From an uncultured bacterium (lineage in GTDB: Bacteria; Fidelibacterota; Marinisomatia; Marinisomatales; UBA1611): DNA of 64,000 bases. The translations under genes and the position numbers were made by a program. Within the stretch, counting starts at the first letter, position 1. Every line of letters starts with the position of its first letter. Shown here piece after piece: positions 51,369 through 61,955 of this stretch. A model generated the notes under the pieces. It made no database searches and had not been told where the DNA came from. It was given only the letters and a program-made list of their open reading frames with translations. The stretch spans positions 320,001 through 384,000 of the forward strand of contig CALSPG010000007.1 in NCBI GenBank assembly GCA_943788175.1, given 5' to 3'.

Positions 51369-52541
51369 ATGAAACTTATTGGTCCAGATTTTTACAACAT
51401 ATCAGATTTATTAACAGAAGAAGAATTATTTATTCAAAAAACAGCAAATGAATTCGTTACAAAAGAATTCAAGCCACTGATCAATGAGCACTTTGAAAAG
51501 GGAACCTTTCCATTAGAAATTGCTACAAAATTAGGTGAACTTGGGTTTATGGGGTCAGCTTTACCTGAAGAGAGTGGTGGAGCCGGTGTGAGTAATGTAG
51601 CATATGGTTTAATTCTTCATGAGCTTGAAAGAGGTGATTCCGGGTTACGTTCATTTGCCAGTGTTCAAGGTTCATTGGTTATGTACCCTATCCATTCATA
51701 TGGATCAAATGAACAAAAAAAGAAGTGGTTACCAGGACTCGGGGCAGGTGAATTAATTGGTTGTTTTGGACTAACTGAATCGAACTTTGGTTCAAATCCT
51801 GGAGGTATGGCTACTTCTGCAAAAAAAGATGGAGATGATTGGATTATTAATGGTTCAAAAATGTGGATTACGAATGGGAGCTTGGCCGACGTTGCACTTG
51901 TTTGGGCAAAGGATGAATCTGGTGTGATTAGAGGATTTCTGCTTGAAAAAGGAATGGACGGTTTTACTTCAAACGATATCCATGGGAAATTAAGTTTGAG
52001 GGCTTCAGTCACTTCAGAATTATCAATGGTTGATGTAAGAGTGCCAGATAGCTCAAGGCTTCCGGATATTGAGGGATTGAAAGGACCACTTTCATGTCTT
52101 ACTCAGGCAAGATATGGTATCGCCTGGGGAATGGTAGGTGCCGCTATTGATTGTTATCAAACTGCATTGGATTACTCTTTAGAAAGAAAGCAATTTAGTA
52201 AGCCCATCGCAGGTTACCAGTTAACACAAGCCAAATTTGCAGAAATGATTACACAAATCACGATGGCTCAATTAACGGTTTATCAGCTTGGGAGATTAAA
52301 GGATAGTGGGAAAATGAGATTTGACCAGGTGTCTTTAGCGAAAAGAAACCATTGCCAAATGGCTAGGGATGTAGCCAGGACATGTCGAGAAATTTTAGGT
52401 GGAAATGGAATTATGGAGGATTACTCTCCGATGAGGCATATGACAAATATTGAGACCGTTTTTACTTATGAAGGAACACATGAAATGCATTCCCTAATAT
52501 TGGGACAGTCTGTTACAGGACTAGCAGCGTACGATTCTTAA
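51369..52541 (+). CDS. gcdH: Acyl-CoA dehydrogenase, glutaryl-CoA dehydrogenase-like
   Basis: ELERGDSGLRSFASVQGSLVMYPI, GCFGLTE, LSLRASVT, CLTQARYGIAWG, TYEGTH. Confidence 0.85.
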   Translation: MKLIGPDFYNISDLLTEEELFIQKTANEFVTKEFKPLINEHFEKGTFPLEIATKLGELGFMGSALPEESGGAGVSNVAYGLILHELERGDSGLRSFASVQGSLVMYPIHSYGSNEQKKKWLPGLGAGELIGCFGLTESNFGSNPGGMATSAKKDGDDWIINGSKMWITNGSLADVALVWAKDESGVIRGFLLEKGMDGFTSNDIHGKLSLRASVTSELSMVDVRVPDSSRLPDIEGLKGPLSCLTQARYGIAWGMVGAAIDCYQTALDYSLERKQFSKPIAGYQLTQAKFAEMITQITMAQLTVYQLGRLKDSGKMRFDQVSLAKRNHCQMARDVARTCREILGGNGIMEDYSPMRHMTNIETVFTYEGTHEMHSLILGQSVTGLAAYDS

Positions 52542-52549
52542 GAGATAAT

Positions 52550-52975
52550 CTAAAAGTTATCTCTTAACATTTTTTTGAGCTCTGCTTGGTGCATTTCTTC
52601 TGTTGCAATCATAGTTCTAGCATATTCTTCTAACATTATAGACTTTCCATCAATGTTTTCTAATAAACCGTAGTAAGCTTTAACTGCAGACTTCTCATGT
52701 TCTAAACATTCATTTAAGATATCTTCTGTTGAATGCTTATGTGTTTCTAATAATTCTCCAATTTTAAGCGTAGGATGTTCTCCTAAGCTTGTAATATGCT
52801 CTCCAACCATTTCGGCATGCATTAAAGATTCTTTTGCTTGTTCTCTAAGCCAGTCTACAACACTTAATCTGTAGGGACCTTGAACCATGAATGCGTAATG
52901 AGTGTATCTAACTACACCAGCAAGTTCAAGTTCAAGTATATTGTTTAAAGAGTTTAATATTTTGTCTTTATCCAT
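52550..52975 (-). CDS. Ferritin-like/bacterioferritin protein
   Basis: ELAGVVRY, ESLMH, EHEKSA, EEMH di-iron ligands. Confidence 0.85.
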   Translation of the reverse strand: MDKDKILNSLNNILELELAGVVRYTHYAFMVQGPYRLSVVDWLREQAKESLMHAEMVGEHITSLGEHPTLKIGELLETHKHSTEDILNECLEHEKSAVKAYYGLLENIDGKSIMLEEYARTMIATEEMHQAELKKMLRDNF

Positions 52976-53024
52976 TATTAAAGATAGTGCTAATTAGCTT
53001 AAAAATATTAATCATTTAAATCTT

Positions 53025-53798
53025 TTAGATTAGATTTATGGAATTATATGTTTTGATTTCATCATTAATTTCAATTTGGGCATAGCCTTTTTCGTTAAGG
53101 CCAGTAAAAGTGCCTTCATTAAGTTTGTTATTATTTGAGAAAGAAACTTTTTTGTTTAAATGTAAACAATGGTTAAGCCATTCATCGATTATACTATTTG
53201 GTTCATCACTGAGTTTTTTTAATAGGCGTTCAAAAGAATTAATAAACTCAGCTACAATTAATTCCCTCTGATGTGCGTGGTTTGTAATGCTAAACATAGT
53301 TGTTAATGTTTTTTGAAGGTCCTTAGGATGTTCTTCAATGGTTTCATTAACATTAATACCTACGCCAACTACAATTTTATCAAAAGCGTCTTTCTTTATT
53401 TTGCTTTCACATAATATTCCGCCAAGTTTTCTTTCTTGATAATAAATGTCGTTGGGCCATTTTAATGAACACTCAATACTTCTTTTTTTTAGGGATTCAA
53501 CTACAGAAATACCAGTGGCTAGAGATATAAAACTAGAATGGTTAGAAGGGTACTTTTTATCGAGTATTACTGATATAGCTAATCCTTTTCCTGCAACCAT
53601 CGACCATGAATTTTCTTTTCTTCCTTTACCTTTTATTTGATTTTCTGTGATTACAATAGTGCCGTGCTGATTTTCTCGTTCTTCTTCAATTAATTCCCAT
53701 GCTTCTTCATTTGTTGAATCTAGCCTATTGTAATATTCGATTTTTTTACCTAGTTCTTTAGTTCGGAGATTTGTTTGAATTAATTGAGTAAATATCAT
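53025..53798 (-). CDS. birA: Biotin-protein ligase (no HTH domain)
   Basis: DSTN, QIKGKGR, KWPND, KLGGILCE, GVGINV. Confidence 0.93.
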   Translation of the reverse strand: MIFTQLIQTNLRTKELGKKIEYYNRLDSTNEEAWELIEEERENQHGTIVITENQIKGKGRKENSWSMVAGKGLAISVILDKKYPSNHSSFISLATGISVVESLKKRSIECSLKWPNDIYYQERKLGGILCESKIKKDAFDKIVVGVGINVNETIEEHPKDLQKTLTTMFSITNHAHQRELIVAEFINSFERLLKKLSDEPNSIIDEWLNHCLHLNKKVSFSNNNKLNEGTFTGLNEKGYAQIEINDEIKTYNSINLI

Positions 53799-53800
53799 AA

Positions 53801-54397
53801 TTAAATAAATAGAATTGAATAATGAACCAAAGTAGAGGTAAAACCTAAAATAAGACCAGCTATAATTTGAAGAAAATTGTGCGCATTAGCAAGCAAGCGT
53901 GCCGCAGTCAATATAAAGAAAAGTCCAAGAGATACTAATAAGTATTCATGCCCAAATATCCAGAATATTGTAACACTCGATGAAAGGGAAATCGCATGAA
54001 TAGATATTTTCCAATATTTAGTAATAAGCCATGCCAATATAGTATTAATCATTCCACAAAACATTATACCTTGGATCAATTTTGGTGTGTTTATTTCTCT
54101 AAGGATAATAAACCCAATTAAGTAGAAGAGGGCGCCTATACTCATAGGGAGCAATCTTTCTTCTTTTTTAGAAGCATTATAATCAGATATTAAATTTTGA
54201 TTTTTTAGTATTAAAAAAGTAACAATAGGCAACAAAGTACTAAAAACCAAGGAGGTTAAAAAAACTGTTTTTGAATTTTCAATATTGGCTTCTGGGCCAG
54301 ATATTAAATACCAAAAAGTGAATGAGGATATAATCATTGGATGAAGTAAATAAGAAATAGTAACTCCTAAAATATTAGAAATGTTTTTACTATTCAT
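53801..54397 (-). CDS. PAP2-like integral membrane protein
   Basis: ISYLLHP, WKISIH, ARLLANAHNFLQIIAG; multiple TM segments. Confidence 0.75.
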   Translation of the reverse strand: MNSKNISNILGVTISYLLHPMIISSFTFWYLISGPEANIENSKTVFLTSLVFSTLLPIVTFLILKNQNLISDYNASKKEERLLPMSIGALFYLIGFIILREINTPKLIQGIMFCGMINTILAWLITKYWKISIHAISLSSSVTIFWIFGHEYLLVSLGLFFILTAARLLANAHNFLQIIAGLILGFTSTLVHYSILFI

Positions 54398-55877
54398 GAA
54401 TGCCAAATATGTCTCTCATAACATTTGAAATTTCTCCCAAAGTACACTGGCCCTTAACGCAATCTATAATCCCAGGCATGATATTATCTGTAGACTGGGC
54501 TAGAGTTTTTAATCTTTCTAATTTTTCATTAGCACTAGAATTATCTCTATTTTTTTTAAATTTAATAAGAGAATTAATTTGATCATTTGCAGAATTTAAA
54601 TTGATATCAAACGTATCTATATCTTTTTGGTTTTCATCTTTGAATTGATTTACACCTACTACTATTTTTTTGTTATGATCTACATCTTTTTGGTAATCAT
54701 AAGCGCTTTTTGCAATTTGATTTTCAATCCAACCACTTTCTATTGCCTTAATAGCACCCCCCATAGAATCAATCTCACTAATAATTTTAAAAGATTTTTT
54801 AACTAATTCCTCTGTCATTTCTTCAATTATATAACTTCCACCAAAGGGGTCAGGATGATTGACGATATTTGATTCATGTGCGATAATCTGTTGTGTCCTC
54901 AATGCTAACTTAGCGGATTCGTCTGAGGGTAAGGATAGCGCTTCATCAAAGCTATTTGTGTGTAAAGATTGTGTTCCTCCTAGTACAGCTGATAGCGCCT
55001 GAATCGTTGTTCTCACGATATTATTATCAGGTTGTTCTGAGGTCAAGGTTGAGCCACCAGTTTGAGTATGAAAACGACACATCATCGCTTTTTCGTTTGT
55101 GACACCAAATCTTTCTTTCATAATCGTGGACCATATTTTTCTAGCAGCACGAAACTTTGCTATTTCTTCAAGGAATCCATTATGTGAGTTAAAGAAAAAA
55201 GAGATCTGTTGACCTAATTGGTTTAGATCTAAACCATTTTTAATAGCTGTTTCCATGTACGCAATTCCATTAGCAAATGTAAAAGCAAGTTCTTGTTCCA
55301 CTGTGCTCCCTGCTTCTCTAATGTGGTAGCCAGAAATAGAGATAGGATTCCATTTTGGTAGATTCTGATTACAAAACTCTAAAATATTCGTCACTATCCT
55401 CATCGAAGGATATGGTGGGTAAATATAGGTTCCTCTAGCGGCAAATTCTTTCAAGATATCATTTTGTATTGTACCTTTGAGTTTGGTCAACGGTATACCT
55501 TTATTTTCTGCATTAACTATATAAAAAGATAGTAGTATGGCAGCGGTAGAATTAATTGTCATTGATGTTGAGACACTGTCTAAAGGGATGCCATCAAAAA
55601 GAGTATGCATATTTTCTAAAGTAGATATTGGCACGCCTACTCGTCCAACTTCGCCCTCTGCCATTGAATCATCAGAATCATAGCCAATTTGTGTAGGTAA
55701 ATCAAAGGCAACAGATAAACCCATTACTCCATTTTCCAAGAGGTATTTATATCTAGAATTTGACTCCTTCGCAGAGGTAAATCCAGCATACTGCCTCATG
55801 GTCCAAAGGCGAGATGAGTACATTTCAGGGTACAATCCTCTAGTAAATGGGAATTTTCCAGGCTTTTCTTTTTTCAT
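54390..55877 (-). CDS. Methylmalonyl-CoA mutase, substrate-binding subunit (split type, no B12 domain)
   Basis: PGKFPFTRG, WTMRQYAGF, GLSVAFDLPTQ, GTIQNDILKE, ISISGYHIREAG, TQSLHTN; the Tyr and Arg positions fit methylmalonyl-CoA specificity. Confidence 0.92.
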   Translation of the reverse strand: MKKEKPGKFPFTRGLYPEMYSSRLWTMRQYAGFTSAKESNSRYKYLLENGVMGLSVAFDLPTQIGYDSDDSMAEGEVGRVGVPISTLENMHTLFDGIPLDSVSTSMTINSTAAILLSFYIVNAENKGIPLTKLKGTIQNDILKEFAARGTYIYPPYPSMRIVTNILEFCNQNLPKWNPISISGYHIREAGSTVEQELAFTFANGIAYMETAIKNGLDLNQLGQQISFFFNSHNGFLEEIAKFRAARKIWSTIMKERFGVTNEKAMMCRFHTQTGGSTLTSEQPDNNIVRTTIQALSAVLGGTQSLHTNSFDEALSLPSDESAKLALRTQQIIAHESNIVNHPDPFGGSYIIEEMTEELVKKSFKIISEIDSMGGAIKAIESGWIENQIAKSAYDYQKDVDHNKKIVVGVNQFKDENQKDIDTFDINLNSANDQINSLIKFKKNRDNSSANEKLERLKTLAQSTDNIMPGIIDCVKGQCTLGEISNVMRDIFGIHE

Positions 55878-55972
55878 ATTAAGTAAATATTATACTATGA
55901 TTATACCTAAGCACTAAGTAGTAAGGAAAAGAGTTTTTATTTTGTTTTATTTGATCTTAAGTAAGTTCAGAT

Positions 55973-56515
55973 ATGGACATACCCATAAAATTTAAACTGT
56001 TACTATTTTGGAAAAATCTTTTAAATAAGGAAGTAGACAATCCTTCAATAGAAATAAGTAAAGAGGGTCGAGGAGTAAGCTCAATTCTATTTCTTTTGCC
56101 TGAAAAGAAGGAAGACGCTAAAATAGCAAATTATTTAGTAAAGGTACAAAATCCGTTACCTGGATGTAAAATTGGACTTTTTTGCAGTGAAAAATCCAAA
56201 GAGTTTTATCCTCATACTGGTAATGTTCGCTTTTTTACCTATAAAGATAATTATCTAAATTATTTTGATACTATTAAATCTGTTGCTCTCTTTGATCAAA
56301 TAAACTCTACCAAATATGATGCGATAGTAGATTTAAATACAGAGTTTTGTGCAGCCTCGACAATGCTTGCGCTTGAACTGGATGCTCCCATAAAAATAGG
56401 GTTTGATTCAACAATCGCGCGGAAAATATATACAATCACATTAGAGCGCAAAACAAATGCATTTTTAGAGGGCTATTTTTCAAGAATCATGGGCCTTTTA
56501 GGCGTATCTATTTAA
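55973..56515 (+). CDS. Hypothetical protein resembling a GT9 N-terminal Rossmann domain
   Basis: YDAIVDLN...APIKIGF pattern. Confidence 0.6.
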   Translation: MDIPIKFKLLLFWKNLLNKEVDNPSIEISKEGRGVSSILFLLPEKKEDAKIANYLVKVQNPLPGCKIGLFCSEKSKEFYPHTGNVRFFTYKDNYLNYFDTIKSVALFDQINSTKYDAIVDLNTEFCAASTMLALELDAPIKIGFDSTIARKIYTITLERKTNAFLEGYFSRIMGLLGVSI

Positions 56516-56610
56516 ATTTTTTTTAAAAAAAAATAACTTTATTTACATAATAAGTTGCCCTATTGTGTTTCACCAATTATATTACCCGCCGGTTTATAAA
56601 GGTAAAATTT

Positions 56611-57006
56611 ATGTTAGAAGGTATAATTTGTCCCGTATGTGAGAACACTCTTGAAGAGGTTGATTTACAAGATTCTCTTGTGTGTCCTCACTGTCGAGCA
56701 GACTTAAAAAGCAGAAAGTTTTTAGATTTTTTAGAGTTTCTAATGGCTAATGGCATTGTAGATAATTTGGACTTTTTTGATCCAGAGGTATACAGTGAAG
56801 ATGTTGACGATTTGGATCAAACAAAAGAAGAAGAGGGTGATCCGAGCGAGTTTGAAAAAAAGAAAGACCATTATAATATTTATGAAAATGAGCTTCTTCC
56901 TGAAGATAAAGCTGATGAAAATATAAAAGAATATTCACAGTTTGATGGTTTAAATGATGAATGGGAAGACTTTAACGAAAGAGATTTTGAGAACTCTAAA
57001 AAATAA
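56611..57006 (+). CDS. Zinc-ribbon protein with very acidic C-terminus
   Basis: CPVC...CPHC; D/E-rich tail; ATG 56611 preferred over TTG 56563. Confidence 0.7.
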   Translation: MLEGIICPVCENTLEEVDLQDSLVCPHCRADLKSRKFLDFLEFLMANGIVDNLDFFDPEVYSEDVDDLDQTKEEEGDPSEFEKKKDHYNIYENELLPEDKADENIKEYSQFDGLNDEWEDFNERDFENSKK

Positions 57007-57017
57007 GAAGGTTAGTA

Positions 57018-57344
57018 ATGGATAATGATAAAAAAAACGTTCAACAAATTAATATAGAGCTTGATGCGGATGTTAGTAGTGGTGAATATTCAAATTTTGT
57101 TGTTGTCACGCACTCCCCAGCAGAATTTGTATTAGACTTTACTAGAATCCTTCCGGGTGTACCTAAAGCGAAAGTTCATTCAAGGGTTATCATGGCACCA
57201 CCACATGCTAAAACATTCCTCAGAGCTCTTGGAGATAACATAAAAAAGTTTGAGTCAAAACATGGTGAAATAAACGTACCAAAAAATGAAGATGGCTTTT
57301 CTCCTTTTGGCGTAAAAGCCCCTGATGATAATATGCCTAACTAA
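57018..57344 (+). CDS. DUF3467-family protein
   Basis: INIEL...GEYSN...HSPAEFVLDF...PKAKVHSRVIMAPPHAK. Confidence 0.85.
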   Translation: MDNDKKNVQQINIELDADVSSGEYSNFVVVTHSPAEFVLDFTRILPGVPKAKVHSRVIMAPPHAKTFLRALGDNIKKFESKHGEINVPKNEDGFSPFGVKAPDDNMPN

Positions 57345-57943
57345 ATAGTTGGTGGTCTATCACTAGCATACCACACCCACATTTGTCCTCTTTTTAATTC
57401 CCGCATTTTTATTATTACCCAAAACGATAGTACAACCCATGAAAGTACATAACCTGTCAAGGCGCCAAATAGTATGTCTAAAGGGTAATGTACACCAACG
57501 TAAACCCTAGAATAAGCTATTATAGAAGCAGAAACAAATAGGATAAGCTTTTTTCTTTCATAAAAATAGGATAGCACTGTCGCAAATGCAAAACTGTTAG
57601 CTGCATGATTTGAGGGAAAACTCCATTTGCCACCTTTTTTAACCAGCAAATTAATATAATCAATAAACTCGTGCGATGGTCTTATTCTTCCAACCCATGG
57701 TTTAATTATTTGTGCGCATATTGCATCCGACATTCCTGCTGCAAATAATAAAACTAAAAGAGTAATTTTCCCTCTTTTACCGCAAAAGAAACCAAGATAA
57801 ATAATTAGAATAACTCCAATCACCGTTAAAAAATCTTTACTAGTGATTATAGGCATGATTATATCAAAAAATGAATTGGAGATGCTTTTATTTAAAAATA
57901 CCATCAATGCTTTATCTATTTCGAGGATTTTATCTAACATCAA
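57341..57943 (-). CDS. PAP2 phosphatase (undecaprenyl-PP/lipid phosphatase-like)
   Basis: KPWVGRIRP, SFPSNH, SRVYVGVHYPLD. Confidence 0.92.
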   Translation of the reverse strand: MMLDKILEIDKALMVFLNKSISNSFFDIIMPIITSKDFLTVIGVILIIYLGFFCGKRGKITLLVLLFAAGMSDAICAQIIKPWVGRIRPSHEFIDYINLLVKKGGKWSFPSNHAANSFAFATVLSYFYERKKLILFVSASIIAYSRVYVGVHYPLDILFGALTGYVLSWVVLSFWVIIKMRELKRGQMWVWYASDRPPTI

Positions 57944-58054
57944 GATTGGCTATAATTATAATAAATAAAAATGGAAGGCTAGAATGAGTTATGCTGTTCT
58001 ATTAACGAGCATTCAGCGTTATCATTTATTCTTTATAGTTTGTAAAATTTAATT

Positions 58055-61000
58055 TTAAAGCTTTGTCTCTAATCTCAGCATCATAACTCTACCCAGGGAT
58101 GGACCACCAATTATTTCAGTATGATTGTGATCTAAAATATTATTGATTGTAAAGTTCATTTTTATATTTTTATTGATTTGATAACCAAGGTGTAAATCGA
58201 AAATCGAATAAGCATTAATCTTTCCATAATAAATACCAGATGACCAATCAAAACTATCAACATACCTTCCATTAAAAGATACTGTTAATGGAATCTTGGT
58301 GGGGTTGTATTGTAGTTTTAACCCCGCTTTGTGCTTTGGAGAGTTTACAGACTCTTTAGCTTTTGTTAATGGATTTAAGAACTCATTTGTACCCATAAAA
58401 GAGTAAGTCATATCCATATTCCATTTTCTGCTTAGAAAAACAGTTAGACTAGCATCAAAGCCCCAGATATCAACTTCTCCGTAGTTTAAAAAGCCGATTA
58501 TAACGGGTGGAGGAGCTCCAGGAAGAGTATCGCTAGTAGCTGTTACGCCTACTAACCCTTGTCGCCAAAAGTCTAAGGCTTCATCGTAGTCTTCTTGGTC
58601 ATTAATTACAACTTGACCATCTGCGCCATCAATATTTGTTATCCCGTTTCCATTGTAATCATCTGTTAAAATAGACTTTCCTTAATACTAGAGGGCTAAT
58701 AAATGTAGCTCCACTTACAAAGCTTGTGTAATGACTAGTATAAAGGTCTAAAGTACCAAACATATTACTTGCCAAGCGTCCTTTATAGCCGACTTCCCAT
58801 GTGCTTACAATTTCTGGCTCAAGCTCGGGTTGATCTTGAATTTTACCAGCAAAATAGCCTTTAATTTTTGGGTCGACTGAAGGAAAGAAAAATATTTTAG
58901 TAGAGTCCATTGGTCTGTAAAGACCCTCTTCAAACTCAAACCAAACATTTTTACCTGCCTGGTTTGTAGTATAATTATATCCGCCGTAAGAACCTTTTGC
59001 ATACACTTTAAAAATAGATAGTCTTGTTACAAAAATGTCCAGGAAAAGAGCTTGATTAGAAGGAGTATTGAAAGCTTTTGCCCATGTCAGTCTGAAATTC
59101 TGATTTTCTTTAGGTTTAAAAGAAAGCCCAAACTTCGGAGATATTTGTAACCCGTCTGTTTTGTCAAAATTAAAGTTCCAATTGGTAGGACTATAAGAAT
59201 CGTTATAGCCTTGATTGTTAAACTCTACAAAGTTTGTAAGTCTATCATGAACATCTAACCTCGTTGCTTGTATGAACTCTAATTTGTCATTTATCTTCCA
59301 GTTAAGCTGATAATATGCGCCAAATTCATTGACCTTGTAACGGTTGTCTTCAGCTCGTTCATCGATACCCTCATCAATATTTTCATCTGTTTTTCCATCG
59401 CCATCATTATCAATGCCGTCAGCATAAACAAAAATATGAGTACCATTTATTAGTCTTGCACCTTCTTCAACGGCATCAATACCAACATCAAAAACACCGT
59501 TTCCATTATTCTCGGTCCAAGGGTATCCATTTCCATCCACATCGTTAAAATCATCGCTATCACGATCATTATCAAGTTTATCACTTACCGCACCTTGAAC
59601 ATTGTCTCCTGAAAATAGAATAGCATCATAGGGGTTTGAACCCCAAACAGAAATAGGGCTATAATTTGAAATTTGATTTGAAGAATCAATATTTCTGAAA
59701 GCTTCACCTTCTTCAAAGTAAAAGCTGTCATCGGCGTCATAAAAAAAGTTAGGAGAACCCGCTTCTCCGTTTCCATTATTATCTCTTTTATCTGTTAAAT
59801 CTCTATCTGATAGTATTGAACCTTTAGTATCAGGTAAAGTAAGAAAATAGTCAAACCCCCAAACAAACCTGAGGTCGCCATTCATTTTTTCTATGAAATG
59901 TTGCAGTTGTAAACTGAATTTTTTTGATCGATCATATATGATACCGCCAGTAGCTAAGTTCCTTGTAGCTCTATCTGATTCTCCAGAAAAGCTTGAATTT
60001 AAATATGTCTGTAAAAATAGATTTTTATATCGAAATTTTCCTTGGTAGTAACGATATACCCAGCCGTCTGCTAAATATCTAGCTATTCCAGTTATATTAA
60101 TATTTCTTGCCCATGCGTAACCATGAGATAGGCTAGCTGTAATATCTGAATTGGGTTCCCAATCTAATCGGAAATCATAACGAACATTTTTAACGTTAAA
60201 ATCAGGGAAGTCATTAATGCCATCATCATTTGCATCATACCTGATTTTTGGAAGGCCACCATAATTCATGATGAAATCTGCTTCATCATTTTCATCGATT
60301 GTACCATCTTCATCATTATCAATACCATCAGAACGCCAGTTGTCGTTGTATTCACCATTATTATTTGTATCAAAAATAATATTTCCTTCATCGTCAAATT
60401 TATATTCGCCAAACCCTCCCTTAGCTATATCCCAAGTTCCATAATATGTGCCGAATCTTTCTAACCAAGTTGTGCCGGTTTCATCTTCTTCATCAACTTC
60501 ACCATCGCCATCATTATCGATACCATCAAACCAAATTTCACCAGGCTCATCTATGCCTAAGTCAATGCCTTCATCGATTGATCCATCACCATCGTTATCT
60601 ACGCCGTCAATATAACCTCTTCCAACGTCTTCATATCCAATATCATATAGTACAATACCATTGTCTAGGATAAACCGTCTATAGGGGTCATTCATTGCCA
60701 CCTGCACCATTGCGGAATCTATAATTGGAGATCCTGCCTCTGCATCAGTGAAAATTAAATTATCAACACCATCACCAATTTTTGGGCCAGTCCAATTATC
60801 AAGTTCTCCAGAGCCCCAGCTTAAATTTTCATCAATAAAACCATTCCCGTTGTCATCTTTTCCATTGCCATCAATTTCACCGGTCAACCATTCTACTGGC
60901 ATCCTTGGACTACCGAACTCACCCGCATTGGCACCATCTTCAACGCGGTTATGAATTAAATTAGCTCTTCCAATAAAGGAAGGGGAGTGACCTTCGTATT

Positions 61001-61883
61001 CATCTTCATTATAATGTTCCCAGTCTTCACCTGTCAAGGCTACAGCGGAAATCTTTATACCAAAGTTGTTAAATTTATGTGCAGTCCTAAATGTGTACTT
61101 TTCGAGAGGCCGAGTATTTTTTTGGCTCAAATAGCCAGTTTGAAAATTGAATTTAGTACCTTGAGATCTTAAAGGTGAACTCGTTACAATATTTAAAACG
61201 CCACTGTGCGCATTTGGACCATATAACGCAGAAGAAGGCCCTAAGACTACTTCTATCTGCTCTACATCATCAAAAGAGACAGGGATGACATTATAAGCCG
61301 TTAACCTCAAAGATGGAACATTTGCCATCCTTCCATCAGTTAAAGTAAGAAGCCTTGAGCTGAAAGATGAGTTAAACCCCCTAGCGGTCATATTATAACT
61401 ATCCACACCTGACTGAGTAAAGTCTATACCTTTTGTTCCTTTTAAATAATCTCCTAAGTTTGTGTTACTCTCTCTTCTTATTTCTTTTTTTGAAATAATA
61501 GAAATTGCTGCAGGCGCATCTTCGACTCTCTCTCGCCTCCTTGATGCAGTAACAACATATTCATCGAGTTTTATTGCTTCAGGTTCTAATAATATTGTAA
61601 TGGAACCATCTTCGTATGGTATCGTCACTGGTTTCTTATATGTTGAATAACCCATATATGAGGCGATGACAGTATAAGTGCCTGCATTAATTTTTTCGAT
61701 GCTAAATCTTCCATCAGCATCTGATGCAGATCCTAAAGTGGTACCTTCTAACGTAATATTTGCAAAAGGTAAAACAGATTTATTTGATGCGTCTAAAATT
61801 TGGCCATCAAGTTTAAAATTTTGGGCAAATGTGATTTGCGCTGCAATGAAAAGCGTAATAAAAATAAGTTTTTTATAGTTCAT
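58055..61883 (-). CDS. TonB-dependent receptor with acidic repeat insertions; +1 frameshift near 58678 joins 58659-61892 and 58055-58417
   Basis: CarboxypepD_reg-like N-domain; VVTASRR; plug EQIEVVLGPSSALYGPNAHSGVLNI; repaired frame RKSILTDD...FLNYGEVDIWGFD...; FTINNILD...GRVMMLRLETKL end. Confidence 0.9.
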
Positions 61884-61890
61884 AGATTCC

Positions 61891-61927
61891 AAAAAAAACA
61901 GCCTCTTGATATCAAGAGGCTGTTTTT
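61891..61927 (-). terminator. Intrinsic terminator between the CTD-protein gene and the TonB receptor gene
   Basis: Perfect palindrome AAAAACAGCCTCTTGAT/ATCAAGAGGCTGTTTTT, extended T run on the minus strand. Confidence 0.8.
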
Positions 61928-61955
61928 ATAATGTTGAGTTATTGAATTGCTAAGT

